From positions 290,099-354,098 of IMG/VR virus record IMGVR_UViG_3300043418_000072: a stretch of 64,000 bases of DNA; one strand, written 5' to 3'. Both the position numbers and the translations under genes were made by a program. Shown piece by piece: positions 56,201-64,000 of this stretch. Numbering within the stretch: the stretch's first letter is position 1; the number at the start of each line of letters is the position of its first letter. The notes under the pieces are model-generated. The model ran no database searches and was not told where the DNA came from. It saw nothing but the letters and a program-made list of their open reading frames with translations.

Positions 56201-58230
56201 CTGTTGCCAGTTGTGTAACGATCAGTAAACTCTGGATAGAAGTCTGTGTTAACTACAGAATTGTTTACGCTCTGATATAACGACACGTTAGCTGTGCTTG
56301 CTGTACCAGTTAGTACGCCAACAATATTTCCACTACTAAAGTTTGTCGCAGTTAATGTATTAAACTGACCAGTCACTCCAGTTAAGCTGCCTCCTGTAAC
56401 CAATGCGTTACCAGTTGAGAAATTATCAACCTGGATAGTGTTAATGCCCTGGATAAAGCCGCCACTAATTTGAGCGTTGCCTGTGCTAAAGTTTGTTGCA
56501 GTTAATGTATTTGATTGAGCATCGAAATTAATTAGGCTGCCGCCTGTTACTTGTGCGTTACCAGAACTAAAGTTAGTTGCTGTGAAAGTAGTTGCTGCAC
56601 CAGTGATACCAGTAACTGACCCGCCTGTTACTTGTGCGTTACCAGAACTAAAGTTAGTTGCTGTGAAAGTAGTTGCTGCACCAGTGATACCAGTAACTGA
56701 CCCGCCAGTAATTAAAGCGTTACCTGTGCTAAGGTTTGTGGTTTGTAAGAATCCAAGTCCTTGAGCATTACCGCCAGTGATCTGAACGTTACCAGAACTA
56801 AAGTTAGTTGCAGTTAAGGTAGTTGCTGCACCGGTGATACCCGTAACCGATCCGCTTGTGATTAGTACGTTGCCGCTAGTTAAATTAGTAATGGACGCAT
56901 TTAATGCGCCAACGTTACCATTGAATGAAGCTGCATAAATGTCGCCAGTTGCGCCAATGCCACCAACTACAGTTAGCGCACCAGTTGATGTTGATGTTGA
57001 AGTAGTACCAGCTTGAGCCATAGTCGCTACCACATGCTCAACGTTACCGCCGCCACTTATAAATTTAACAAATCTCTGCCCAGTGGTTGTACCAAGTACC
57101 AAGTTACCGCCATAACTAGATGGCGTATTTGCTTGTGTATATAGGTATGCGTCATTCTGGAATAGTGCAGTACCTAAACTGTTATTGGGACTTGAGCTAT
57201 TGTATCCATCACCTGCAATACCAAGGTCAACGTAAAATGTTGTATCAGTGCCGTTGTTGGCAGTAGCAACATAGTCAGTGGTTGCGCTACCGCCTGCGTT
57301 AATGTTTTGTGTGTTAAGTTGTGCGTACCCGTTGTAGTCTTCAGAGAACTGAGCTACCACCTGTGGTAGGATTGTGTATCCAGTTGGGATACCAGCGTAT
57401 AGAGCGTTAAAGCCGGTTACTGTGTTACCAACGAAGAACGCAGAGTTAGCAGTTGTAATGTTACCGCTAACTAAAATAATGTTACCAGTTACACTTAGGT
57501 TGCCACCAACACTGGCGTTGCCGGTAATAACTGTTTGATCTAACGTAGCAGTAGTAAAAAATCCAGCTGCTGGAGTAGTTGCGCCAATTGAAATTGCGTT
57601 TAGTGATCCACCGGTGATATCTGCGTTACCAGTTGAAAAACTAGATGCCTGAAGATATGCAATGCCTTGTACGTTGCCGCCAAGAATTTGTGCGTTACCG
57701 GTTGAGAAGTTAGTTGCTGTTGCTGTGCTAAATGCTGCGGTGCCGGTGTGGAAGCCGTTTAAGATCGATGCTTCAATTGTTCCTGAGAATGATCCACTTA
57801 CTGCATTTAGGTTACCAATCTTAACATTAGCGAAGCCGCTATTGTTGATTGTTGTAATGCCGGTACCAGTGTCAGTTGTAGTAATTGCCTCAAAGGCTTG
57901 ATCAGCTTCGACCCAAACCCAAGCGGTGTTTACGCTTCCGTACCCTGCTAGACTTGCAAGGTTACGGTTTACAAGCATACCAATATCGTATCCTGCCAAT
58001 GACCCAGTGTATCCGTTATTGAATACTACAATAGGGTCATTAACGTATGTATTTGTACTGTTAACAGAACTAGAAACACCTGTGACCGTTAGGTTACCAA
58101 CAATGCTAATGTTAGAATTTAATGTTAAATCCTGGTTAAAGTTACTACCAACTAATGTGCCGGCCGCAATCTTGGTATAGGTAATTGTACTATCAGTGAT
58201 CTGATTATTCTTAATTCTAGTTACGGCCAT
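53224..58230 (-). CDS. Large repetitive virion structural protein
   Basis: Many ATNFS(S/T)GNA repeats, 1668 aa. Confidence 0.8.
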   Translation of the reverse strand: MAVTRIKNNQITDSTITYTKIAAGTLVGSNFNQDLTLNSNISIVGNLTVTGVSSSVNSTNTYVNDPIVVFNNGYTGSLAGYDIGMLVNRNLASLAGYGSVNTAWVWVEADQAFEAITTTDTGTGITTINNSGFANVKIGNLNAVSGSFSGTIEASILNGFHTGTAAFSTATATNFSTGNAQILGGNVQGIAYLQASSFSTGNADITGGSLNAISIGATTPAAGFFTTATLDQTVITGNASVGGNLSVTGNIILVSGNITTANSAFFVGNTVTGFNALYAGIPTGYTILPQVVAQFSEDYNGYAQLNTQNINAGGSATTDYVATANNGTDTTFYVDLGIAGDGYNSSSPNNSLGTALFQNDAYLYTQANTPSSYGGNLVLGTTTGQRFVKFISGGGNVEHVVATMAQAGTTSTSTSTGALTVVGGIGATGDIYAASFNGNVGALNASITNLTSGNVLITSGSVTGITGAATTLTATNFSSGNVQITGGNAQGLGFLQTTNLSTGNALITGGSVTGITGAATTFTATNFSSGNAQVTGGSVTGITGAATTFTATNFSSGNAQVTGGSLINFDAQSNTLTATNFSTGNAQISGGFIQGINTIQVDNFSTGNALVTGGSLTGVTGQFNTLTATNFSSGNIVGVLTGTASTANVSLYQSVNNSVVNTDFYPEFTDRYTTGNSAAYVSAAFKMNPYTGIFSASGVNVTAVTPSNSTGSGALIVTGGAGIGGNLYVGADAVVVGNLTVQGTMTAIQSQTLDVTDLNITVAKGAGSAAAANGAGITVDGAAASLVYASATDSWNFNKQVIGQFTTSNIQATGGSITGITGAATTLTATNFSTGNAQISGGNLQGVGHLQATNFATGNALVTGGSITGITGAATTFHVDNFSSGNIVGVLTGTASTANVSLYSEVTDTTNTANFYPMFTDRSTVGNSSAFVTPGITMNPGTNTIQASTFVGTFNGTAAITSGSITGVTGAATYWHATNFSASNVRIQSGNIIVGNISVDRIAAGNIFSGNVNFDGGEITGITGNAITFHVGTFSANTANIIGGTLIDLTDVATNNFFTSNAYITGGLITGVTVDADTLSVTNFSTANAVLTGGSINSMAIGQTDPSSAKFTNIEVTGVATTLGNLVVASTAPLLNPTDAAFIIPNGGAAIGGDAYVKGTLNVGEASLTTALSNSSIAAVNAVGDFAQMYMLNTTSTGSADFSAYGDNGTDTGGWSDLGMTGSEFNDPNYTITKPNDGYVIVRPQLGFGGNLVLATSEAGTFNDVVIGVGSFDTSAEVARFHGNTSNGGYLQLTQGTDATSTSTGALRVSGGVGVSGNVYVGANLSVAGTGLVSGNAVLGKAVTINSSQTAGMDFKVAGVNSSNLIWARPDGTYDQVLIGNTATVSTLVRGAKLFINSSDSMMLPAGTSGQRPGNTGGTDVPGMFRYNTTLNAIEYFGGSEGAWSTVSTQFTLISDQQFSGTGSQVNFTLSSNQTTNNCIVSINGIIQLPVLAYSITANVLTFTTAPGAGTVIDVRKLTTTNEITQLSSSNGHVAIGTDNTSGIEFYSGPTGLTLQRTMDLSGAWVGQAAPTSVTGINVVTLVDAFALAAYRSAKYLIQATVTGKHQVMEALVIHDGTTATITTYGIVQTNGNVGVLSATVSGGNVNVNFIAANANTNVRVSKEYVLI
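56540..56701. repeat. Exact tandem duplication, 81 bp x2
   Basis: 56540-56620 identical to 56621-56701. Confidence 0.9.
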
Positions 58231-58311
58231 GCCAAACGCTCCAATATAACATATTTAGCCAAAAGACATTCCTTGCCAATTACGGCAAAGAATGAATTAA
58301 GTAGGTTTAGA

Positions 58312-60345
58312 TTAGTATCCGCCAGATAGCAACGTGCGTTTCCACGTATTTGTTGCAGTGCAGATGTAGATGTAATTTGCATCCCAGCAAATTTGACCAG
58401 CAGTACCAGTGGCATTTGATGCCTTAGTTGCTTGTGGAGCTTTTAGTATACCGCTTAATGTAACGTTACCCTGTACGTTTAGGTCACCAGTAACTGTTCC
58501 GCTTACGCTAGTTACACCGCCTAAGAAACGAATTTCAATAACGTCAGTTGATACTGGAATTTCAGCAAAGGTAATAGTGTCCCCTGCTAAACCAATTGTG
58601 TATGCTACTGTTGGTTGTTGTAGTGTACCGTTAATGCTTACCAATGTACCAAGCAAGGTAGTGGTTCGTGTTAATGCAAATGTGTCGTCGACCCCGTTAC
58701 CACTGAATGTCTGATTAGTAACCTTGTTAGTAACCGGAACCCATTGAGACCCATCATAATACTCCAGCATTGATGCAGATGTATTGTACCGAGTATATCC
58801 CGGAACTCCTGCTGGTCTTGCAGAGTCGGGACCAGCAGGAATTTGCATAGCAGTGTTTGATGCAAAGATTGCCACTTGGTTAGATGGAACTGTAATTGTT
58901 AGGTTACCGTTAATACCAGTGATGTTGTTTGTATTAACATCACCATGCTGGATTCCGTTAAAAGTTCCAGCGTTTACGTTCCCAGTGACTGTTAGATGTC
59001 CTGCCCCAGTTAAGTTCAATACTGGAGTGCTTCCGATTGCTACTCCTAATAATGTCCCACTGTTGCCTAAGCCTGTGTCACCTAAGAACAATACCTGTTC
59101 AGTTACGCCTTGCTCGTTTAAAATTACCACCGCATCGTTGTTTTGTGTTGTGAAACCAAAACTGTCGTTTACAAAACCAATCGCGCCGGCGTCTCTGTTA
59201 TCAGCACCTGCACCAACTGCAATAAACCCAGTGGATGTTACGTTACTACTAAACAGTGCAGTAGGTCCTACAATGTTTCCGTGCATGGTTGCATTAACGT
59301 TGGCTGCGGTTACGTTACCAGTTACTGCTACACTAATTAGTGTACCAACTGTTGTGATGTTAGGTTGTGCTGCGGTAGTCAATGTGCCAGCGATGTTAGT
59401 AAAGCTAGCACTTGTTCCGCTAGCATTACCAGAATGAATACCAAAAGTGTCGCCGTTAAATTGCGTTGCAGTTACGTTACCAGCTTGAACGTTTCCTGTT
59501 ACTACCAAACTTGTTAACGAACCAACACTAGTAATGTTTGGTTGAGCAGGAGTAAGTACTGTTCCGCTAAGACTGCCGCTAATAGTAGCTGCCGAAATGT
59601 TGCCTGCTGCTATGTTACCGGTAACACTAAGAGCTACAAGGGTTCCAACTGAGGTAAGGTTGGGCTGGTTTGCTGTTAATAATGTGCCAGATACGTTCGT
59701 AAACGAAGCGGTTGTGCCTGTAATGTTGCCGCTAACGTCGCCAGTGTGAATTCCAGCAGTATTGCCCACTACGTTGCCGTAGAAGTTACTAATTACGTTG
59801 CCTGCGGTTACATTACCCGTTACATGAATTACTGAACCAGTTGAATCAGTAACTGTACCAACTAATTGGTTTAGGCTTGCAATCGCATCAGTGACTTTGG
59901 TTGTGTTAGTGAATGACAATGCACTAGAGAAAGATCCCGTTGCATTTGTGCCTAATGAAATAACGTTTGCATTGATAGTCTGCCCAACCACTACGCTAGG
60001 ATCACCAAACGACAAGTTGCCTGCACCATCTGTAAAGATCAAGTACCCGTTTGTCCCACCAGTGATCTTAACGTTACCAATTGGGCCTAAGTTCGCGTTA
60101 CCAACAAAGGTAACAGCTCCACCATTTAAAGCAGAAATAGTATTACCGTCAATTAGAATACCACTGGTACTCAAGTTACCATTAATTGTTAGGGTTTGTG
60201 TTGCTACGTTTGTGTTAATGCCAGTACGGAACTGACTAAAGTTCATGTAGAATAATGGCTGACTGTTTGTTGTGAACTGTAGATCCGTGCCTTGTCTGTC
60301 CAAATTGGACACTAGCATTGAACCTGATATTCTACCGATTGCCAT
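58312..60345 (-). CDS. Virion structural protein
   Basis: QPNITSVGTL repeats; RYNTS..LEYYDG; C-terminal GQICWDANYIYIC. Confidence 0.75.
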   Translation of the reverse strand: MAIGRISGSMLVSNLDRQGTDLQFTTNSQPLFYMNFSQFRTGINTNVATQTLTINGNLSTSGILIDGNTISALNGGAVTFVGNANLGPIGNVKITGGTNGYLIFTDGAGNLSFGDPSVVVGQTINANVISLGTNATGSFSSALSFTNTTKVTDAIASLNQLVGTVTDSTGSVIHVTGNVTAGNVISNFYGNVVGNTAGIHTGDVSGNITGTTASFTNVSGTLLTANQPNLTSVGTLVALSVTGNIAAGNISAATISGSLSGTVLTPAQPNITSVGSLTSLVVTGNVQAGNVTATQFNGDTFGIHSGNASGTSASFTNIAGTLTTAAQPNITTVGTLISVAVTGNVTAANVNATMHGNIVGPTALFSSNVTSTGFIAVGAGADNRDAGAIGFVNDSFGFTTQNNDAVVILNEQGVTEQVLFLGDTGLGNSGTLLGVAIGSTPVLNLTGAGHLTVTGNVNAGTFNGIQHGDVNTNNITGINGNLTITVPSNQVAIFASNTAMQIPAGPDSARPAGVPGYTRYNTSASMLEYYDGSQWVPVTNKVTNQTFSGNGVDDTFALTRTTTLLGTLVSINGTLQQPTVAYTIGLAGDTITFAEIPVSTDVIEIRFLGGVTSVSGTVTGDLNVQGNVTLSGILKAPQATKASNATGTAGQICWDANYIYICTATNTWKRTLLSGGY

Positions 60346-60356
60346 CTAGTTCTCCG

Positions 60357-60785
60357 TTAAGCTGCGTTTGTGCTGTTGATGTTATGTACAACAATAATTT
60401 TGTTTGGGTTACCACTTGCATCAATTGCAGGAGGAGGACTTGTAAATGTTAACTGTGTGCCAGACACTGTGTAGTTGTTCACCGGAGCTTGATACACTCC
60501 GCTAATTGTAACTAGGATGTTACTTGCACTGCTTTCGCTTTGACTCATGGTAAAGTTAACTGTAGCATTGTCGCCTGTGAACTCATCTACTACTAATGCC
60601 ACTGTACCAATTTTAGCAACTTGGTTCCATGCACTGTTGTAAAAGAATTCAATTTTACTATTTGTTTGATTGTAACGAATCTGTCCGTTAACTGGAAAGT
60701 CGGGACCTAAGCTGCTTGTACCAAGAGGTAATTGAATAGCGTAGCTACCACCTTTAAGTTGTGTGTTCTTTAAGAATCGAGCCAT
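60357..60785 (-). CDS. Virion structural protein
   Basis: GQIRYN..IEFF; FTGDN..F module shared with neighbours. Confidence 0.7.
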   Translation of the reverse strand: MARFLKNTQLKGGSYAIQLPLGTSSLGPDFPVNGQIRYNQTNSKIEFFYNSAWNQVAKIGTVALVVDEFTGDNATVNFTMSQSESSASNILVTISGVYQAPVNNYTVSGTQLTFTSPPPAIDASGNPNKIIVVHNINSTNAA

Positions 60786-60787
60786 TA

Positions 60788-61090
60788 TTAAGCTCCCATT
60801 GAGCTAATGGTCATTACAATGTTACCACTTGCGTTTGCCCAGATACTGTCGCCCGCATCTAATACAATGCGCTCCAAATCTGAAATATGTGTATCAGATG
60901 CTGCGATGCTTAAATTGCTGTAGATTCTGCAATCTGCTACAGTGCCGCCAGCTGGTACCAAGAATACATTAGCTGTTGCTGATGTTCCATTGGTATTGCA
61001 AAGATACATCGCTGTAATACCCTTTGACTGAGTGCTAGTACCGTAGATAATATTTGCTGCGGTAGTTGTTAGTTGTACGCTTGTAATCAT
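60788..61090 (-). CDS. Virion structural protein
   Basis: 100-aa beta-rich ORF in structural operon. Confidence 0.65.
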   Translation of the reverse strand: MITSVQLTTTAANIIYGTSTQSKGITAMYLCNTNGTSATANVFLVPAGGTVADCRIYSNLSIAASDTHISDLERIVLDAGDSIWANASGNIVMTISSMGA

Positions 61091-61100
61091 TTTCTTTTCC

Positions 61101-61718
61101 TTACATCATCAAAGAGTAAAATAGTGCTTTGTTCTTAGAGATTAATTCTTGTTGTTGTACTGTGTCGTTTGTTACAAATATACCAGTACGGCCGCCGTTT
61201 GGTGTTTGGCTATAGATAACATTGTACCCAGTGTGGGCGCTTGGTGCCACTGTTGTGTTTTGAATCGCGACGTTAGTGTCGTGTTTGATAATTTCTGTGT
61301 TTGAACTAAAGATGCTTCTGCTTAGTACGTCTAAGTTTGCACCTAACTGAGGATTTGGGTCATCACCTAAACTAGCAATACCTGGTGCACCTGAGTAAAT
61401 TGGTTCGTATGTGGCACCGTTTTTAGTTAGTTCCCAGATTAGTGTACCTTCGTTCCAACGAAGTGCTACCTTAGGCGATATACCGCGATCAATTTCGATT
61501 CCTGAGTAAACTGCTGTTACGCCAGCGCCAGATTCGCCCTGGTTTAATGTAATGATGTTGTCAACAACCTGCGTGTTTGTTGACGAAATGTTTGCTACCG
61601 TACCAAGCACCTTTAAGTTGCCGTTAACAATTAAAGTATGGTTGTTAATCTGGACGTTACTAGTAGATTCGATACCAGTAATATTCCATGTGCCGTTAAA
61701 TCTTGTATTCTGAGACAT
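61101..61718 (-). CDS. Virion structural protein
   Basis: DNIITLN.G..GAG...SGIEIDRG. Confidence 0.65.
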   Translation of the reverse strand: MSQNTRFNGTWNITGIESTSNVQINNHTLIVNGNLKVLGTVANISSTNTQVVDNIITLNQGESGAGVTAVYSGIEIDRGISPKVALRWNEGTLIWELTKNGATYEPIYSGAPGIASLGDDPNPQLGANLDVLSRSIFSSNTEIIKHDTNVAIQNTTVAPSAHTGYNVIYSQTPNGGRTGIFVTNDTVQQQELISKNKALFYSLMM

Positions 61719-61768
61719 TTGTCATTCCGTTATTAGATATTTATGCTAACAAAATATTACTTAGGGCC

Positions 61769-61798
61769 AAAAAAATAGCACCCGAAGGTGCTATTTTT
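61769..61798. terminator. Intrinsic terminator
   Basis: AAAAATAGCACC-CGAA-GGTGCTATTTTT. Confidence 0.85.
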
Positions 61799-61811
61799 AG
61801 TTTGCTTACAA

Positions 61812-62726
61812 TTAGGCGTTAGCAATTTGAACAGTAGTGTTCAATGTAGCTGCATCAAATGTCCAACGTACCATTGTACCGTCATCAAACTCATGCCCGG
61901 CTGTACCGTATTGTGTCAACAATGCGTTGTGGCTAGTTAGCTTGGTAACATAGTAAGTCTTGCCGCTGCTGTCTGTAGCAGTAATACTCATTTCTCCTAC
62001 TGCTGCTGGTGTAGCTGCAACTAAAGAACATACTGCTGTACCTTCGCTAGTTGTGACGCGATAGCGGTGGCTACCTTTTTGTGCGTTAATATCAGCAACT
62101 AAGCTGTTACTAGTTACGTAAGCGTAAGCAAGGATAGCATTTTCTTGGTTTGTTGCAGAACCAACATCACCACTGTCAGTTGTTAATGTAATAGTGTTTA
62201 CTGTAATACCACCACGGTTTGTGTACGACACTGTTGGTGCTGCTGTGTAGCCAGAACCTTTGTTAGTAACTGTCACTGATAATGCACCGTATGTTAATAC
62301 TGGAACTGCACCAGTACCTGTACCACCAGAAACGCCAGTTACCGCGCTCAATGCAGTAAACGAGCCTGCGGTTGTAACGCTGTTAACGGTAACAACTGCA
62401 CCACCAGCATCGGAAGTTACGTTAAGAACTGCTGAACCGCCTGCTGTAGTGACTGTTAAGTCAAATGTTTGTGCGTTACCATATCCTGTACCACCTGAAA
62501 TTGTGGCGCTAATTACTTTAGACACAATAACACCGGTTGCTGTTACGCCGCCTGGTAGTTGTGGTGCCGAAAATGTAATTGTTGGTAATGTAGTAGTATA
62601 CGAACCAGCAACCGATACTGCTGCACTTGCTAGGCCTTCACCGCCGATGCCATCATCTGCTGTGTAACCACCGTTGGTACCGACGTTACGGTTACCGAAA
62701 AATCTTTTTGCTAAAGGACGTCCCAT
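61812..62726 (-). CDS. Virion structural protein
   Basis: MGRPLAKRFFG; G/T/A-rich. Confidence 0.65.
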   Translation of the reverse strand: MGRPLAKRFFGNRNVGTNGGYTADDGIGGEGLASAAVSVAGSYTTTLPTITFSAPQLPGGVTATGVIVSKVISATISGGTGYGNAQTFDLTVTTAGGSAVLNVTSDAGGAVVTVNSVTTAGSFTALSAVTGVSGGTGTGAVPVLTYGALSVTVTNKGSGYTAAPTVSYTNRGGITVNTITLTTDSGDVGSATNQENAILAYAYVTSNSLVADINAQKGSHRYRVTTSEGTAVCSLVAATPAAVGEMSITATDSSGKTYYVTKLTSHNALLTQYGTAGHEFDDGTMVRWTFDAATLNTTVQIANA

Positions 62727-62810
62727 TTTGTTTTCTCCTTAAAATATGAAAATAGCGTTCTAGGCCTACGCTGATGGTACAGCATAAACTCTCAATTAAG
62801 AGCGAACATA

Positions 62811-63680
62811 CTATTTAGCGTTTTTCTTAAACAGTAGCTTAAAGTGACTCCAAAACGGATTGTTTAGAATGTGTATTCCATTAACAATCTTTCTATCAGG
62901 GTGTAGCAACTTAGTAACATTATGCATCTCCGTCCAGTGTACACCCGGTCTATGATGATGCTCTTGGTGATATCCTGCACCAAATCCAAAAATGTTATAC
63001 CAAGTACTGTAGATGCCGATCGAATCTTGTGTAGTATCACCTCTACGGTCTAATACGCCCCAATGCTCGCCGTAGCTGTTTGCATTGTTAACAAAGTACG
63101 CCATAAAATAGACTGGAATTAAAAATAGACCGTATACCGGGTTTATTAGAAATATACTCAACCAATAGATTCTAACTGCCCACTGTTCTCGTTTGAAACG
63201 AGCATACAATTCTTTAACTTTTAAAATATCAGGAACAACAGATACCCATGCCCACTTAGCATCACCGTACAGTGCCGAGCGCCAGCAGTATATCCAAAAA
63301 TTAGTAGGCTCATTAGTTTTACTAAATTTAAAAACTGATACTGGGTCTTTTGTTCGACCATTGACTGGCTTATCATTAATGTGCTTGTGATGCAGTAAAT
63401 GTCCGTGACGCCATAATTGGTGTGGTAATCCCGAGACTGCGCTTACAAATAATTCGTATATTCTATTCATTGTTGCAGAAACAAATACGCTGCAATGAGC
63501 GTGATGATGTAAGCAGGTGTTTTGTACGTTAACAATAAACCATATATGGAATACGCTAATAACAAACCATGCCCACACAGGAGGGTCGTAACATGCTACT
63601 AAGTAAGGAATAGATCCAACAAGTATTAAATTTATTAACAACAATGCGTCCAGCGGGGAATATCGAAAAATTTGTTTCAT
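62811..63680 (-). CDS. Fatty-acid desaturase-family membrane protein
   Basis: His boxes HHHAH, HGHLLHH, YHQEHHH; hydrophobic segments; start reassigned to MKQIF. Confidence 0.8.
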   Translation of the reverse strand: MKQIFRYSPLDALLLINLILVGSIPYLVACYDPPVWAWFVISVFHIWFIVNVQNTCLHHHAHCSVFVSATMNRIYELFVSAVSGLPHQLWRHGHLLHHKHINDKPVNGRTKDPVSVFKFSKTNEPTNFWIYCWRSALYGDAKWAWVSVVPDILKVKELYARFKREQWAVRIYWLSIFLINPVYGLFLIPVYFMAYFVNNANSYGEHWGVLDRRGDTTQDSIGIYSTWYNIFGFGAGYHQEHHHRPGVHWTEMHNVTKLLHPDRKIVNGIHILNNPFWSHFKLLFKKNAK

Positions 63681-63712
63681 GCTAGTATTTACTAAAAAAG
63701 TGGTGTAGACGT

Positions 63713-63736
63713 AAAAAAGCCCCAATTAAGGGGCTT
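63713..63736 (-). terminator. Intrinsic terminator after capsid gene
   Basis: AAGCCCC/GGGGCTT + T-run. Confidence 0.8.
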
Positions 63737-63773
63737 CTTAGGGGACAGCATCTTGCGATGCTGTGGGTAGATA

Positions 63774-64000
63774 TTACTGGAAGCTCAAGTTGCTTACAGC
63801 GATTTCTGCCAAGTAGTCACCAGCGTTGCCCAATGAGCTAGCTGTGTTTGTCAACTCAACATAACCGTAACGGGTCATGAAGCCAACTACTGGTTCGAAT
63901 GTGCTTGGGTCTAGAACAACACCAGAGCTCATCAATGGTACGTATGGGCAATAGAACGCTGCTGCATCAGCTTCGCTCGAACCTTTGTAACCAACCAATA
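63774..64000 (-). CDS. gp23: Major capsid protein, C-terminal fragment
   Basis: FYCPYVPL...DPSTFEPVVGFMTRYG. Confidence 0.92.
   Translation of the reverse strand, partial: LVGYKGSSEADAAAFYCPYVPLMSSGVVLDPSTFEPVVGFMTRYGYVELTNTASSLGNAGDYLAEIAVSNLSFQ

Noticed and set aside
17384-60235. Long plus-strand ORFs opposite real genes (e.g. 17384-17911, 28032-28583, 49676-50542, 51848-52648)
   Set aside because: Antisense shadows of biased codon usage in genes with clear minus-strand motifs

Overview
A 64-kb segment of a large T4-like (myovirus) jumbo-phage genome, almost all on the minus strand. The right two-thirds hold morphogenesis and recombination genes: capsid gp23 C-terminus, virion and fibre proteins, neck, sheath, tube, terminase, gp32, UvsX and UvsY. 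Auxiliary enzymes are interspersed (desaturase-like, Trp-halogenase family, 2OG-Fe(II), U32-like, radical SAM, kinase, NUDIX), plus homing endonucleases. The left 12.6 kb is a translation-control island with 39 canonical tRNAs (19 amino acids, no normal Cys), rpoZ, a CX5R phosphatase and many intergenic structured RNAs. Most notable: (1) an RF1-like release factor (4280-3609) missed by the ORF track because an in-frame UGA sits exactly on the conserved Trp, while UGA is a normal stop elsewhere, and the phage tRNA-Trp carries the Hirsh-type U11-A24 pair; (2) a leaderless 49-aa leader peptide with mutually exclusive antiterminator/terminator hairpins ahead of the tRNA block, a candidate attenuator; (3) a 140-nt mini-tmRNA-like RNA and several other enlarged tRNA-like RNAs; (4) an MKRSGKR-amber mini-ORF with an adjacent hairpin. 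All calls were made by eye without database searches, and novelty is unverified.
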